Below are positions 37,484 to 50,279 of a stretch of DNA of 64,000 nt, piece by piece; the stretch's first letter is position 1; every line of letters begins with the position of its first letter. The notes under the pieces were generated by a model, which saw only the letters and a list, made by a program, of their open reading frames with translations, was not told the origin of the DNA and made no database searches. A program made the translations under genes and the position numbers. Origin of the DNA: Cycas panzhihuaensis (lineage: Eukaryota; Plantae; Cycadophyta); contig CM041465.1 in the NCBI GenBank assembly GCA_023213395.1, positions 146,637,741 through 146,701,740 of the forward strand, given 5' to 3'.

Positions 37484-39163
37484 TTAATATTATATTATGT
37501 TTTAATTAGAAAGATGCTAATTAGGTGGTTACTCAATTTAACCTATTTAAATATCCTATTTTTGCTCCTAAAAAATAAGGAGAGGAAAGAATAGGATAAA
37601 TAAGTTATGTAGTATGCATTTTGATCATTTTATTTATTATTTTTTGAGGTTGTTTTTAATTCCCCAAGGGGGTTTCCACCTACCAAATTTGATGTCCATG
37701 TTATGTATACTTATTACTTAATATGACTCTACTTTCATGATCCTCAATGTAATTTTTCAATCATACTCTACTATATAATTCTAACAATTGAGATAGAAAG
37801 GGATTATAAGAACAAGGACATAAGTAAGAAGAAAATGATGTAATAAAAATAGATTAGTAAGATAAAATGGGGATTTATCAAATCAGGGAATAGATAAACA
37901 AAATGGGCCTTACAGAATTGAGAGATTTTAATGAAAATAGGAAAAGATAAAGGGAAGGGATGGGGATGGGATATTTATAGTCTATTAACCTTTAAAAACA
38001 AAAGTAAGAATATCACCTAGTACACTAAAATAAGCACTAAGAGCTCATTAAGATGGTATAGGTGAGTTTTAAGTGGAAATTTTTAAGTTGTGAGGCCCAT
38101 GGAATGCCTATAGGCCAATTTTCCCCAAAAATGACACTTGAAACTAACCTAGTAAAAAAATGATCAGTGTAATATGTTGATCAAAATAAGAAATATAAAT
38201 TTATAAGGTAATTTTAAAGTTACAGACTTTTCTTTTCCTTGCTAGAGGTGGATTCTAGACTGAAGTTTGAACTTAACTAGGTAGTGGACTCAAGAACTAA
38301 ACTAAAGACTTAGATAGGAAGTATTCATACTTTGGTGCTCATATTATAGGATTATATTATTATTATATTGTAAGACTATATTATTGTTCTATTATAAGAT
38401 GGTATTATTATTATATTTTAGGATTATCAGTAGCAAGTAGAGTAATTTTAATAATTTATATTTAGATGTCCAATAGTCTCAATAATTTTTTTACTATATT
38501 TAGAATTACATAGGACTTAAGAAGTGGGGTGTACCTTATTCTTCAGGCACCTTAATAAACTTTTTAGTTGTTATTATCAGTCGACCCAATCTCTCATGGT
38601 ATCAACTATGAAGAAAATTCATTATCATAGCTATGATAGTCATGCTAGGGTGTTTGTGAGGAGTAAATTCCCAATGCTAGCTACTAACCAATGCACTATA
38701 TACGATGGATGGATGATAATTTTCCTAAATTTAGGTAAAGTAAGGAAACCTATAAGGGTTCTTTGATATACTCAAAGATACACAAAAACTCAATTCTATA
38801 ATCAAGTTTTGTTTAAGGCCTGTGTAAGTAGTGTGATCTACTTTGCTTCATGTACGAGTATATACTCACATACACTTAACAAGAAATAATAAATTCCTAT
38901 GATGTTTAATAACTCTTAACATAGGATCTCTACCTAATAAATAAAGGAGAGGAAGGTAGGGTTTACTACCTACTTTATCTTGTTGTAGAAATTCAAAGAT
39001 TTATAGTAAAAGTAAAAAGTAAAAATTAATATGAGACATAAGATTTGTGAAATTTCACCATGGGAAAAAAAAAAACCTTGTTTTTTCCCCTTTTGTTATT
39101 CTTGCTTTCTCTTGATCTTATTTTGTTATCATAAATGATCTACAACTTAACTCTAAAACCACT

Positions 39164-39560
39164 TAGGGCATGAATTTTCCAATGGTTTTCTCATATATAG
39201 AAATGATAATGGAAAATAGAGAGCAAATACAATACTTTCTATTAATAATGAAAACTAACTATACAAGTAAAGTATATAAAAGAGCACCAAATAATTACTA
39301 CTAAAGACTAAAAGTATCATAGTATAATTTTCTCAAGAAAGATAATTACATAACAACCTCCTTATATAATTCATAACCCTTAAATAGATAAAAGAGGGTC
39401 CTTTTCATGTAATATCATTAGCAAGACAAACAATCCTTTATTTTATTGGTGGACTTAAAAAGATCGTGCATAAAAGTTAATAACTAGTATTTAACCACCA
39501 CATACCTTGGTCACATGTGCTAGTACTCTAATTCTACTAATATTATGTAGTTATATAACA
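39164..39560 (-). repeat. 5' LTR of Gypsy-1
   Basis: Direct repeat of 2891-3287, with an adjacent decayed PBS. Confidence 0.75.
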
Positions 39561-40650
39561 CTGGTAATGAACTAGTCAATCTTATAAATTTTTCTCATCT
39601 TAAAGCTTATTATTGATGTCTCAAGGATTATTGTATATATTATATAGTTGCTTTCTTTTAGTTTTTACTTTATCAGTAGTTAGCTTTCCACCATCCTAAC
39701 ATATGAACCATTATCATTGTCACAAGTGTATTTTAACAAAATGTGTTTAGTGTCCTTTAAAGCTACATTACCTCCTTATCCTCTAAAAAGCCATAAAAAT
39801 CATAAAAATTTTAAAATCAAATTTCATTTTCTTCATAGTCTTGAGAAGTCATCTTAGACTTTCCTTTATTCTTTATTTGATTTTATGCATTTAGAGTATA
39901 CCTATTATTTTTTAGCTTTTACCATCTTTTTTCAATAAATTAATGTTACCTTGGTGTTGTTGATCATATTCTCTACATTTTAGTTATAAATAGGTATTTG
40001 GATCTCACCTTTAAGGCACACATGTTGCCATTGTAGTCATGCTCAAATTTTCATTAGTTCCCTAGGGCCATAGCCTACTGGGATATTTATGTCCCTTACT
40101 TTTTACTTTTTAGGTCTTGCAAATCTCTTATATATGTTTAATGCTTTATTTCACAGTGAAATTCATCTTTTGTTATAGAAGAGTTTACTCTTATTTTTTC
40201 TAACATATATCCTCTTTTATTAGCTCATATTCATTAATCTAAACCTTTTATTTTATAACTTTCATAAATCTTCTTTATCGCCATCATGTTAGCTATTCTA
40301 TTTTGGTCAATTCATATTGATGGTACTTCCTAAGGAAATCTAGGACCATCTACAGTTGCCTAGATTATCCATGACTCTAATAGAGTTCTCTTTAAAGCAC
40401 TCAAAACATATTTGGATCATACTCCTAACAACTTAGCTAAGTTTAAAGTTTTTATTATTATCTTAAGATCTATCATTTCATCATATGTGTAATATGTTAT
40501 TCTTTATTTTAATTCATAATTATTAGTCAACCAACTTATTAGTAGTTGTGTTATGTATAATCCTGCTTTAGTTTTTTCTCGGTGTTATATTCACTATCTA
40601 GCTCATTTTTTTTACTCTTTTGTTATCATATATTGCACTCATATAACTAT
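39561..40650 (-). mobile_element. Possible ancient LINE remnant (continues at 2727-2890)
   Basis: Weak evidence: an IYxPN...R..W-like endonuclease motif at about 2770-2815 (-) and a zinc-knuckle-like trace at about 40.0 kb. Confidence 0.3.
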
Positions 40651-40700
40651 GAAATAAAGTACTTAAAAAATATGATACTTAATACCAATCAATAATTTTT

Positions 40701-42811
40701 TATTAAAATGTAATGTTTAATGTTGGTTTATGCATTTTGTTAAGTGTTCCCCTTAACTCTCATAAATATATTTTATTATAATATTGAGATGTATGCATAG
40801 GTGCATACCAATTTATGTAATCATCCCATTGGTGGACATAAGGGTTCTTTCACTTGATGGGATAAGTATAGGATTAAATGCATTATAAGTATGTATTTAT
40901 GCCTAATGTAATAATTTAAAAGGTATTTTTTTTAATAATTTTATTGTATTGTATATAGTATATACTTCATCTTTCGTTTATTTCATTTATTGTTTTATCT
41001 TTAATATCTCACACTTATAATATTGTTTACATTCATATTTTTATTATGATTTCAAAGGTAATCTTTGAATCCTTATTTGAACATGGCATAAGAGTGGGGT
41101 TGAATCCAAGCCACTATGATGGTGAGCTAAAGATCTTATCAATCAAGATTTAAGTTAGATTTCTCTCATATATACTCATCTTACAAGTAGGTAGTAGGGT
41201 TTGAAGATGGATACTTAAAAAATTTCCAAGAACTAATGGTAAAGTTAACACAAATTGACTACTCTTATAAATTTTTATTGGAATATTAGTAATGCATATC
41301 TATTTTGTCCCACATGAAAGTGGGTCCCACTTTCACTATATTGACATGTATTATAAATACACAACATAGTGTATCATATGAATATATATTGTAAGGATGT
41401 TTTATTAATATAATTGAGGTACCTTAGGGTACCATTCGATCCTAGAGATATTTGTTTCTGTTTGTAGATATTATCTTGTGCAGGTTTATTTTCCAACAAT
41501 TTTAAGTGGTCAAACTATAGATTTTAGGGTTATAAAAAAAGATTACAACAGATTTAATTTTTGCCTTTTATTTAATCACTAATCTTGAAGGTAGATTTAA
41601 TACCTCAAATTTGAATAGCCATAACTTTAGATATAAGTATTTGATTAACCTCATTTTTTTTTATTCCATGTATTTTTCTATCTACTTTTAAATGGAAGTA
41701 GTTTTAGACTAATCAAAGCTCTTAGTAAAAAGTTATTAGTATTTTATTATAGGGTACTTTTTTCATCTAAAGCCTTAGGGTAAACTCTCTTTAAAATGGT
41801 TATAACTCTTAATATAAATATTATTTTTATAAGATGGTAAAAATATATATCTATTTAATTTTAATTTAAGAAAAAATTATTTATTTACGATAATTTAAAG
41901 GCTCTTAAGAACCTCCTTTATAGTTATGAGAGTTTTTTGTATCACATCTGGTATTTGCTTATTAGTAGTTATATTATTGATTTTTAGTAGAAGATGCTTC
42001 ATAAAAGCAAATTTGGTTGTTAGTGAACTTAGAGACTTAAACTCCAAGTGATATTCATCTTTATCCTTAAAGAACCTCACAAGCTTCAAGTTATATCCTA
42101 CTCTTAAAGGAACCACAAATTGGTTGTCTCAAATATAAATATAGTTGCTTTAGTACTCAACTCATTTATTTAGAAGACTTGGTCCCAAAATGAAGTTGAT
42201 TGATGTTGATTGAACCATATATCTAAAGGAGGTTCTTATTCAACTAGTAGTTTCAACGGTTGGGTACTCCTACATTTGAATGGATGGACCTTTATTCATA
42301 TGGATTTCAATAAATTTTGTTTGTATATTATAGATATAGTTAGTACCATATGGAGCCAATCTTCATTTATTCTAGTAGATTTTTTTACATAATGTCATAA
42401 ATGTGACATTAAACATTATGGAGGGATATTAAAACACAATGTTTAATGTTTATTTATATATTTTGTTAAGTATCCCCTTTAACTCTCATAGGTATATTTT
42501 ATTGCAACATTGAGATGTGTGCATGGGCGTATGCCTATTCATGTAATCAACCCATTAGTGGACATATGGGTTCTTTCACTTGATTGGACAAGTATGAGGT
42601 CGAATGTACTATAAGTATGCATTCATGTTTAATACAATAATTTAAAAGGTGATCATTTTCTCACATCTTTATTGTACTATGTATTATGCATACTTCATCT
42701 TTCATTTATTACATTTATTATTTTATCATCAATACCTCATACTTGTAACATTATTTACATTCATATTTTTATTATGATTTTAAAGGTCATCTTTGAGTTC
42801 TTATTTTAACA
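40701..42811 (+). mobile_element. Small non-coding LTR element (TRIM/LARD-like)
   Basis: About 384-bp direct repeats at 40701-41083 and 42427-42811; PBS-like TGGCATAAGAGT at 41084; PPT GGAGGGA before 42427; T-rich TSD-like flanks. No recognisable coding domain. Confidence 0.75.
41276..41498 (+). mobile_element. Solo LTR related to the family B LTR
   Basis: TATTGG...CCAACA with perfect TSD ATTTT. Shares GTATTATAAATACAC and AGGTACCTTA motifs with 4080-4377 and 7552-7833. Confidence 0.75.
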
Positions 42812-45800
42812 ATTTTGGCTTAATAAGTTAGTCTAAATAGTAGTTTATATTTTTTGCTTTATTTTATTTGCTTACTTTCCCTTCTTGGAGTTTGAGTGAT
42901 ATTTCATTATAGGAACATAGTCTAGGAATTCTTCCCCTCTATCAAGATTAAAAGAGTTTTGAGTTAAAAATTTTTAAGGTCTTAGAGAAACCCCCCCCTC
43001 CCTCTCATGAATCATTTTCTATTTATAAAGATTGGTCAGCCACCTTAGTAGAGAATTCACTACCTCTTATGTCATTTTAGTTACTGCTTTTTGACCAATT
43101 ATAAGTGTAAGATTGCTTAGTTTTACCCTTTTTGAGTACTCCACATAAATCTTTGGTATTATGATGCCACAAGATATGTATGATAAGCATGACAATGACC
43201 ATATTAATTATTGTTGTAAGGGGTTACTTCTATTTTTAGATAAGTGGAGATATTAGCATCTATTATACATCTCATAAGTGAATTGTAAGGTAACAACTTG
43301 AAAGATTCATCTATTAAAGATTTTTAAAGACTATTAGGCATTAACACTTCTTCATCAATAAATTGGATTCACTCATTTAACTCATTTGCAATAGGTCTTC
43401 ATATTTTATTCCATTAGGGATTATTATGTTTATATTACCTCTATCTTATTTTACCTTAGGTTTAGTGTTTTATATCTAGACCCTTAACAATTATAGCTTT
43501 GTTCTATGTTGAGTCTATCTTCATTAAGTTAACTTATATTTATATAGAGTTAGATACAAAACCTAAATCCTTCTAACACCTAGACTCGCTTCCCTAGGTT
43601 CTAGGCAACTCATCATCGTGGAGTCTAACAAGTACGATTAAATTAGTTGGCTTCAAGGATCTTATTTCACTTATCCAATATATAAAGAAATCTTCTCTCT
43701 TTAGGTAATCTATTAGGAATGTAATGTTTATTTTATGTGTGCTACCTACCCATACCTTAAATCTCCTCTTAAATTTAAAATTAGATTCTACATAAGTTTA
43801 GGTAGAATGATAGCACTATTATGCTTATGATTATTTAATAATTCATGTCAATCTTTTATAAAACTCTCTTCTGACCATCCTTAATTCTAGTATTCTATAT
43901 AATCTTATTTCTTTATATGGTTTCTTAGGTCATATGTTTGAGTCAATTAAATCACATTATATAGGTTTTTTAAGTCAGTTGAGCCATTATTATAAAGAGA
44001 ATATGAGGGCTTAGAGCCAATTCTCTTCTCTAACCACATCCCTATATTAGATCGAGTCATGAAACTTACCATTGAAGGGGTCAGGATGCTATTGAGACAA
44101 CCTTAAAAGATTCCCATTACTTTGTTGGTTATTAAGTCACAATTATTCTAGTTTTGGGTTAGGGACTACTTATATTTATATTAAGTCATGCCTTATTCCT
44201 ATCCCATCCCCTAGGAGTCTCACACCCTTTTTATCATTGACTCTTTTGGTTGCCTTCATTAACAATAGTCCATAGTGTGCATATTTCTTTTTTACTTTTG
44301 GTCTCAATTATTTTTGATATTTTATCAAGTTATTGATGGTATTTTGAAGTAGATCTTTTAATTCTCTTCCTTCATTTTATATTTTTAGTAGCAGCTTTGT
44401 TTAGCTTTTTAGTTAAGTAATTCATGCCAGTTTGGTTTAAGATCTTCTTTAGTTGTGATGGATTCTCAACCTACTTTTATTTCAAAGATGTTTACTCTTT
44501 AAATTCCTTTGATGTTGGTTTCTACTTTAGTAGTAGATGGTCTTTTCCCTTTTATTGTCTTTATGACCTTGGTTGTCACCTCCCTCTAATACATTATTGG
44601 ATCCTTTATATATAGGCACTTTCTAGAAGTGGTTTTGAGTTACTTTGGCTTTAGTATGATTTTTTATACCCATTACAATAGATTTAGGCTTTATTTAACT
44701 TGGTGATTATGGCTTTCCTTTAGTATGTATTTAGTTCAAGTTTACATTTAGTTCACCTTTTCAAAGTGACCAACTTCTTTACTACTAGCTCTTTTCATTA
44801 GTATTCCTTTGAAGCAATTAGTTTTAGATCTCTCCAGTTTGAGTTCTAATGGATTATTTAAGTTCTTGGTTATGATTTTCATTGCCTCTTTAGTTGTGTC
44901 TCAATGCCTTTTCTTCACACACCTCTTTATAGATCTTTATCTAATAGTTGTACACTTGGCAGTAGTTTTATCCTTCTTATGTTGGTTTGGTTACATAAGA
45001 TCTTACAATTCAACACTGAAATGATTTGTTACTTTTTAGTAGCTTGTTATACCTTTTTGATGTTAGGTGTTTTGGTGATTGGTATTTGCCAACATTTCAT
45101 ATTATAGATTTGCAGATAATATTTTCATACATTTGAGCCTTAATTAATCATTTTTAGCATTAGATTGATGGCTTGAGATATTTTAGATCTTTAGTGATAA
45201 TTCTTATAGATGACATTGGTCAACCTTTTTTACAAACTATTTTTTATGCATAGGATCTATCTTTTTTAGTTATGGATCTTGATCTTTACAGTTTTATTCA
45301 TTCCTCTAGGTAGTTTTAGCCATCTTTTTACTAGTTTTTTAGTACCCCAAAGATGAGTATGAGTTAGTTTGATCAACAAACTAACTACTTGATCATTAAG
45401 ACACCTTCACGCTTTGTTAGTTTTAGAGATTAGATTTCAAAGCCATTGTACTTCTACCACTATCATTGTTTCAATAGTGATTTAGCTTTCATAAGTACTT
45501 TACTCAAAATATTTGGCAACTAGTTGGTTTTCACTTTCTACTTTTATTTTAAATTTGAGTTTTTAGTGAGATATTATTTTCACTATTTTAGCTTCTTTAG
45601 ATTTTTTTTTTTCCTAAACTTTCAGGTTTCTAGTTCTTCTACATTAGATTTTTGGTGGACATCTGCAACGTTGTTAAACTTTGATGCCCAAAGGGCATTA
45701 TGTTGATGTGATTATTATTTAATTTAGTGTATGTCTTAGGGCCTAAGGGTTTATTTCAAATTTATTATTGTAACTTTGTTATACCCATTAAAGGAGTTTT

Positions 45801-47547
45801 TTAATTTAAACATTAGCTTAAATTTTTTTAAGTTTATTAAAGGGTAATTAGGGGTTAGTTGCAGGGGCTTGTTTAATCTATTTCCCAACAAATCAAATGA
45901 ACAACCCCCTACCCCCTCTCTTTATTGTATAAATTCATCATTTAAGAAATGAAAATAGGGAGGATTTTTAGAGGAGGCAATTTTTATGAGAAGATTTTCA
46001 TATTAGTTGTGAGGTTTTTTTTAGTTTAAATAGGAGAGAACATGAAAGCCAAAGATTTTAAGGTCAAAATTTGAAAAAGTGGAGGGCTTTGAGAACAAGA
46101 ATATGGTGTGGAGCATTCATATCAAAATGTTTATCTGGTATATGACTTGATCCTTTTATTTAATATAAAGGATAATGTTATGTTTAAATGAGTGATGTTC
46201 CTTCTATATGATATGTGAATATTTTAGATTTTTTAAACATTCAAGGCATGGGGTCCTGTTTGTTTTGATATCACCATTATATTTACATTTATTTTTTTAT
46301 GTTTCTTTTATTTTACATCATTAGACTTAGCCTATAAAAATACATCATAAATTTCCTTTTTAATCACCGATAGTAAATACTGTTTTATCTCCATAATTCA
46401 TATCAACATCACCACATCATTCTCACCATATTCCTATTCATTTTTATACCATTTATTTATGTGAATTGATATCATTATTTTATATTATTTATAGTTGCTT
46501 ATTTGCTAATTTAACAACATGCTTTATTTGTACATTCAATTGCCCATTTAATGAAAAATATTATGTATTTGCAACTTATTTTGACTACAATTTTGGTTGC
46601 CCACATAGACATATTAAGATTTTTGAAGGGTGAATTTGATGATATAAGGCTACCTAATCATCATAAACAATTACCTATCATATGGTTTTTCCTACCATTT
46701 CCTTACTGGTTTATGTTCATAGCATATGCTCATTCTTGGCACCTTACCAACTAAATAATAAATGCTTGTAATGTGATTATTTAATCAATGAGATGCTTAT
46801 TAGCACCTAACTTTTGATATGAAAACATTATATTAAATTATAATTTGATTACAAACTCCATCGACCACTTGATTTGCATATGTTAGTCACTTAACTTTAA
46901 TTTATATCTTTGATTTCAACCACACATTATCATTCTAAATCATTTATGTAAATGATGGCCAAAAATTACCAATACATTAATCATTTTATTTACTAGTGTT
47001 AATCCTATTACCCAAATAATTGAATAAATATAGTCACCATTTACCTTCTTCTCATTGAATCAATATTTTTATAGTTATATGCATTCACCTACTATTGGCA
47101 TTTTGTTTAATAACCTACAATATTATTGGAATTATTGTAAATGCCCTCAAATCAACATTGCCCACCATTTTTATACTAGTCTTTGTCCTCTTACTATATA
47201 ACATTTGATCAAATTTGTTAATTAATATTTCATCCTTATTTTAAGTGCTTAGCTAGAGTTTAAGTATATTAATTTTTCCTAAGCACTTCATTCTACTATA
47301 TTTTTATTTTTACCTTCATAAAAAGTTTTTGTTATGAAATAATTGGAATTTTCTTTTTCCTTTTTAAGAATATATTTAGCCATACTTTCATGGTGTTACT
47401 ATGTAATTTAAGAGGCACACATTAATTTAATATATAATGGCTCTCTTTGAAGTCACCCAAACATAATGAATTTAAGTTTCTTTTTCATTTATTATATTTT
47501 AAAGGAATAACTTAAGATCTTATATCTATCTATTTATCTATTTATCT

Positions 47548-47574
47548 AGAGAGAGAGAGAGAGAGAGAGAGAGA
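47548..47574. repeat. (AG)n microsatellite
   Basis: Directly visible. Confidence 0.9.
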
Positions 47575-49924
47575 AGGGAATAAACAAATAGTTTATGTTT
47601 AGTTTTTTTTTTTTTTATTAGTGTGTTAAGGCACATTGCTAGAGATTATAGAATGAGAATATTTGACATTATAAGGTCATAGGTTCAAGTCTTGTAGACT
47701 CACTTTCCCCTATATAAATAAACACCTTAAGATAAACATTTTCTTTTATTTTACACTTTAATTCACATCATTTTAAAGGTATCAATGTACTTTAAATTAA
47801 CATTATTTCAAGGAGCTTTCTTGAGCTATTAAACTCATATATTTAAATGATCCATTTTGGTGAATATAAATGATTTTTTTTTAATCAATATCTTAGAAAA
47901 ATTTGATTACATATATATGTGAGTAAAAGCATTAATGTTTGGTTAATAAGTTTATAAACATGAATATGCATGATCAAAGAATTTTTATTTGAGATATATA
48001 AACACTTTAAAATACCTCATTTAAGGATTTGAATTTCTCTTAAACATGTGCTAATTACTGCCAAATGACCATAGGTTATAAATATTCAAATGAAAAAAAA
48101 AAAAATCATCTTTAATTAAACATGAAGATTGAGCATTGTACCTTATTTTATAAGCAGTAAAATATCAATCAACAACACATCATTTTACTGATATTTTAAA
48201 TGAAATTCTAAGGTTAATAAACATTATAAAATATCTTCAAATAGGTATGTTGCTTTAACAAGAAATGTTAAACCATAAAACCTCTTAAAGTAAAATCTTG
48301 TTGATCATTATATATGTTCATACTTAAAGGATACAAAGAAATGATCTTACCTATAATATGAAGAATTCATAGTATTAACATAATTAAAGGTCACATTTTA
48401 GATATTATCAAAGAAATATTTTCATATATCTTATCAACTCACCTAATCATCCCTATGTAAGGTGTAAGTAGGTCATTCTCATCCTTTATATAGGTAATTG
48501 AAAGGAGGTTTTTATACACAATGATGAGCATATAGATTAGGAAAAAGATTAAATGCATTCGCATCTTTGTTTATGATAATTTAAAAGAATTGATTAGGGA
48601 AATTGTGATATGGCTTGATTTCAAGTCTTATGTTTTAATCTAGAAAATCAAAATCTAAATGGAAAAGATTATTATATTAGTCACATTTGCATGTAATTAC
48701 ATTGGGGTTTTAGTGTGCATTTTCAATTCAATTTTAGACTAACTTTTATAATCTTCAATGCACATCGCTATTACTAAAAATTATTAAAAAGTAAAAAGTA
48801 AAAAAGTAAAAAGCAACAAATTTTTTTTATTTTAATTTTACAAATAGACATGATCAATTTAGGATTTGGTGGATCTTTGGCACTACCTCCTACCTTTGTC
48901 CACATGTATTATTCATTCAGTAGCTTGGGTTATGAATTTTTTCAAACTAAAATTTAAAATGAAGCATTATCATCAAAATGTTTCTACCTCATTGATCTAA
49001 CATTGTCCCTTAGGATCCTCACATATGCCTTAGGTATTTAAAAAATCAAAATCCTATCTCACTACTTCTACTAAGAAATTACTAGACTAAGACATTTTAT
49101 AGATGTGGGGCTCCATAGTAAACTAATCCCTCAGCCAACTAGGGCTAGTTCCCTAATACATATGTAATCACATGGGTGTGTTTTACCTACTTAGACCTAT
49201 CCATAAAAACCTAGGCTATAAGTAACTTTGATAGCTATAGGGTACTAAAGAGTAAATAGGTTGACTATATACTTGGTCTTTCGGAATGTGTCTTGAAGTT
49301 ATGATTAGTTGAGTGACCTTCTCTAGAGAGATCATATAGGGATTTAATTTTCTACTACTTATATTATTCATCATCACTCAAGGCAACTTATGGTTTTCCT
49401 TGGAGTTCATTGCTAAGATTAGAGATAATAATTCTTATAAAGTGTAAGGCTACATAACTAGGGGAGACCACCCAATAATCCTTGGTTAAAGAAGTGTATA
49501 AGTTGCTTTAGAGACCTTAAGGTGGTTATTTCTTCTTATTATAAAGAAAATATTAATATACTAGCCTAGTGCTAGTATTTTCTTTTAAGTGAGTTGAACC
49601 ACTCTCTTCAAGAATCAATTATTCTCCTTTAGGTTCTTTAAACACCTAGGGCTAGAATTTCATATAAATGTGACACACACAGTTCACTATTACTTTATTA
49701 AGTATTTTTCTTTGATAATATTATTTCTGACTCATGAAATATCAATCAGGATGTGATCTTATATTTACATTAGGCATATGGGTTACTTTTAGGTGGAATA
49801 TGAGGTTATTACATTTTATTTACATTAACATAGCTTCTTATCCTTGTCTTTTTTGAGAGGACAAGAAAGACAATGTATAAAAGATAAAAAATAAATAAAT
49901 TATAATTCAATTTCAAAATCTAAA

Positions 49925-50124
49925 TGTTATGGATCCAACCCTTAACTTAATTTCTCTTTTATTCTCTTATATCTTCTATTTCTTCTACTTCTTCCCTCTT
50001 TTGAATATCCCACATGCATAAGTAGAAGATTGTGTAATAGCAATTGAGCACTATATATATTCTTGTAATATCCCACATGCATAAATAAGAGGTTATGTAG
50101 TGACCATAGAGCTATATATATATA

Positions 50125-50168
<44 letters not shown>

Positions 50169-50234
50169 TATATATGTATATATATGTATATATGTATATA
50201 TATGTATATATGTATATATATGTATATGTATATA

Positions 50235-50279
<45 letters not shown>

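Larger units (their letters stand above)
16839..37786 (+). mobile_element. Decayed Ty1/Copia element (Copia-1) nested in Gypsy-1 and carrying four insertions
   Basis: LTRs at 16839-17156 and 37175-37786; PBS TGGTGTCAGAGT at 17157; PPT at 37166-37174; TSD ATTAA/ATTGA. Remnants: zinc knuckle about 23730, protease WVLDSGASHHM about 23892, integrase about 24.4-25.1 kb, RT split at 25680/30027-30041/35790, RNase H about 36.65-37.09 kb. Confidence 0.85.
2891..39560 (-). mobile_element. Decayed Ty3/Gypsy chromovirus (Gypsy-1), outer host of the nest
   Basis: LTR pair at 2891-3287 and 39164-39560. PPT about 3288-3298; decayed PBS complement (ACTCTAAAACCA) about 39150-39161. Minus-strand remnants: chromodomain (EYLV*W...MTWE, about 3360-3410), integrase, RNase H, RT (KLYANLSKCEFG split at 9247/14609), protease (LINGGASPNFI, about 15650) and gag. 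The TSD is poorly preserved (TAGGC/CTGGT). Confidence 0.75.

Noticed and set aside
47670-47705. B-box-like GGTTCAAGTC (possible SINE)
   Set aside because: Isolated motif with no other SINE hallmarks.
42812-49900. Possible gene or TE in the AT-rich interval
   Set aside because: No interpretable domain, terminal repeat or splice structure by eye; probably very old TE debris, left unannotated.
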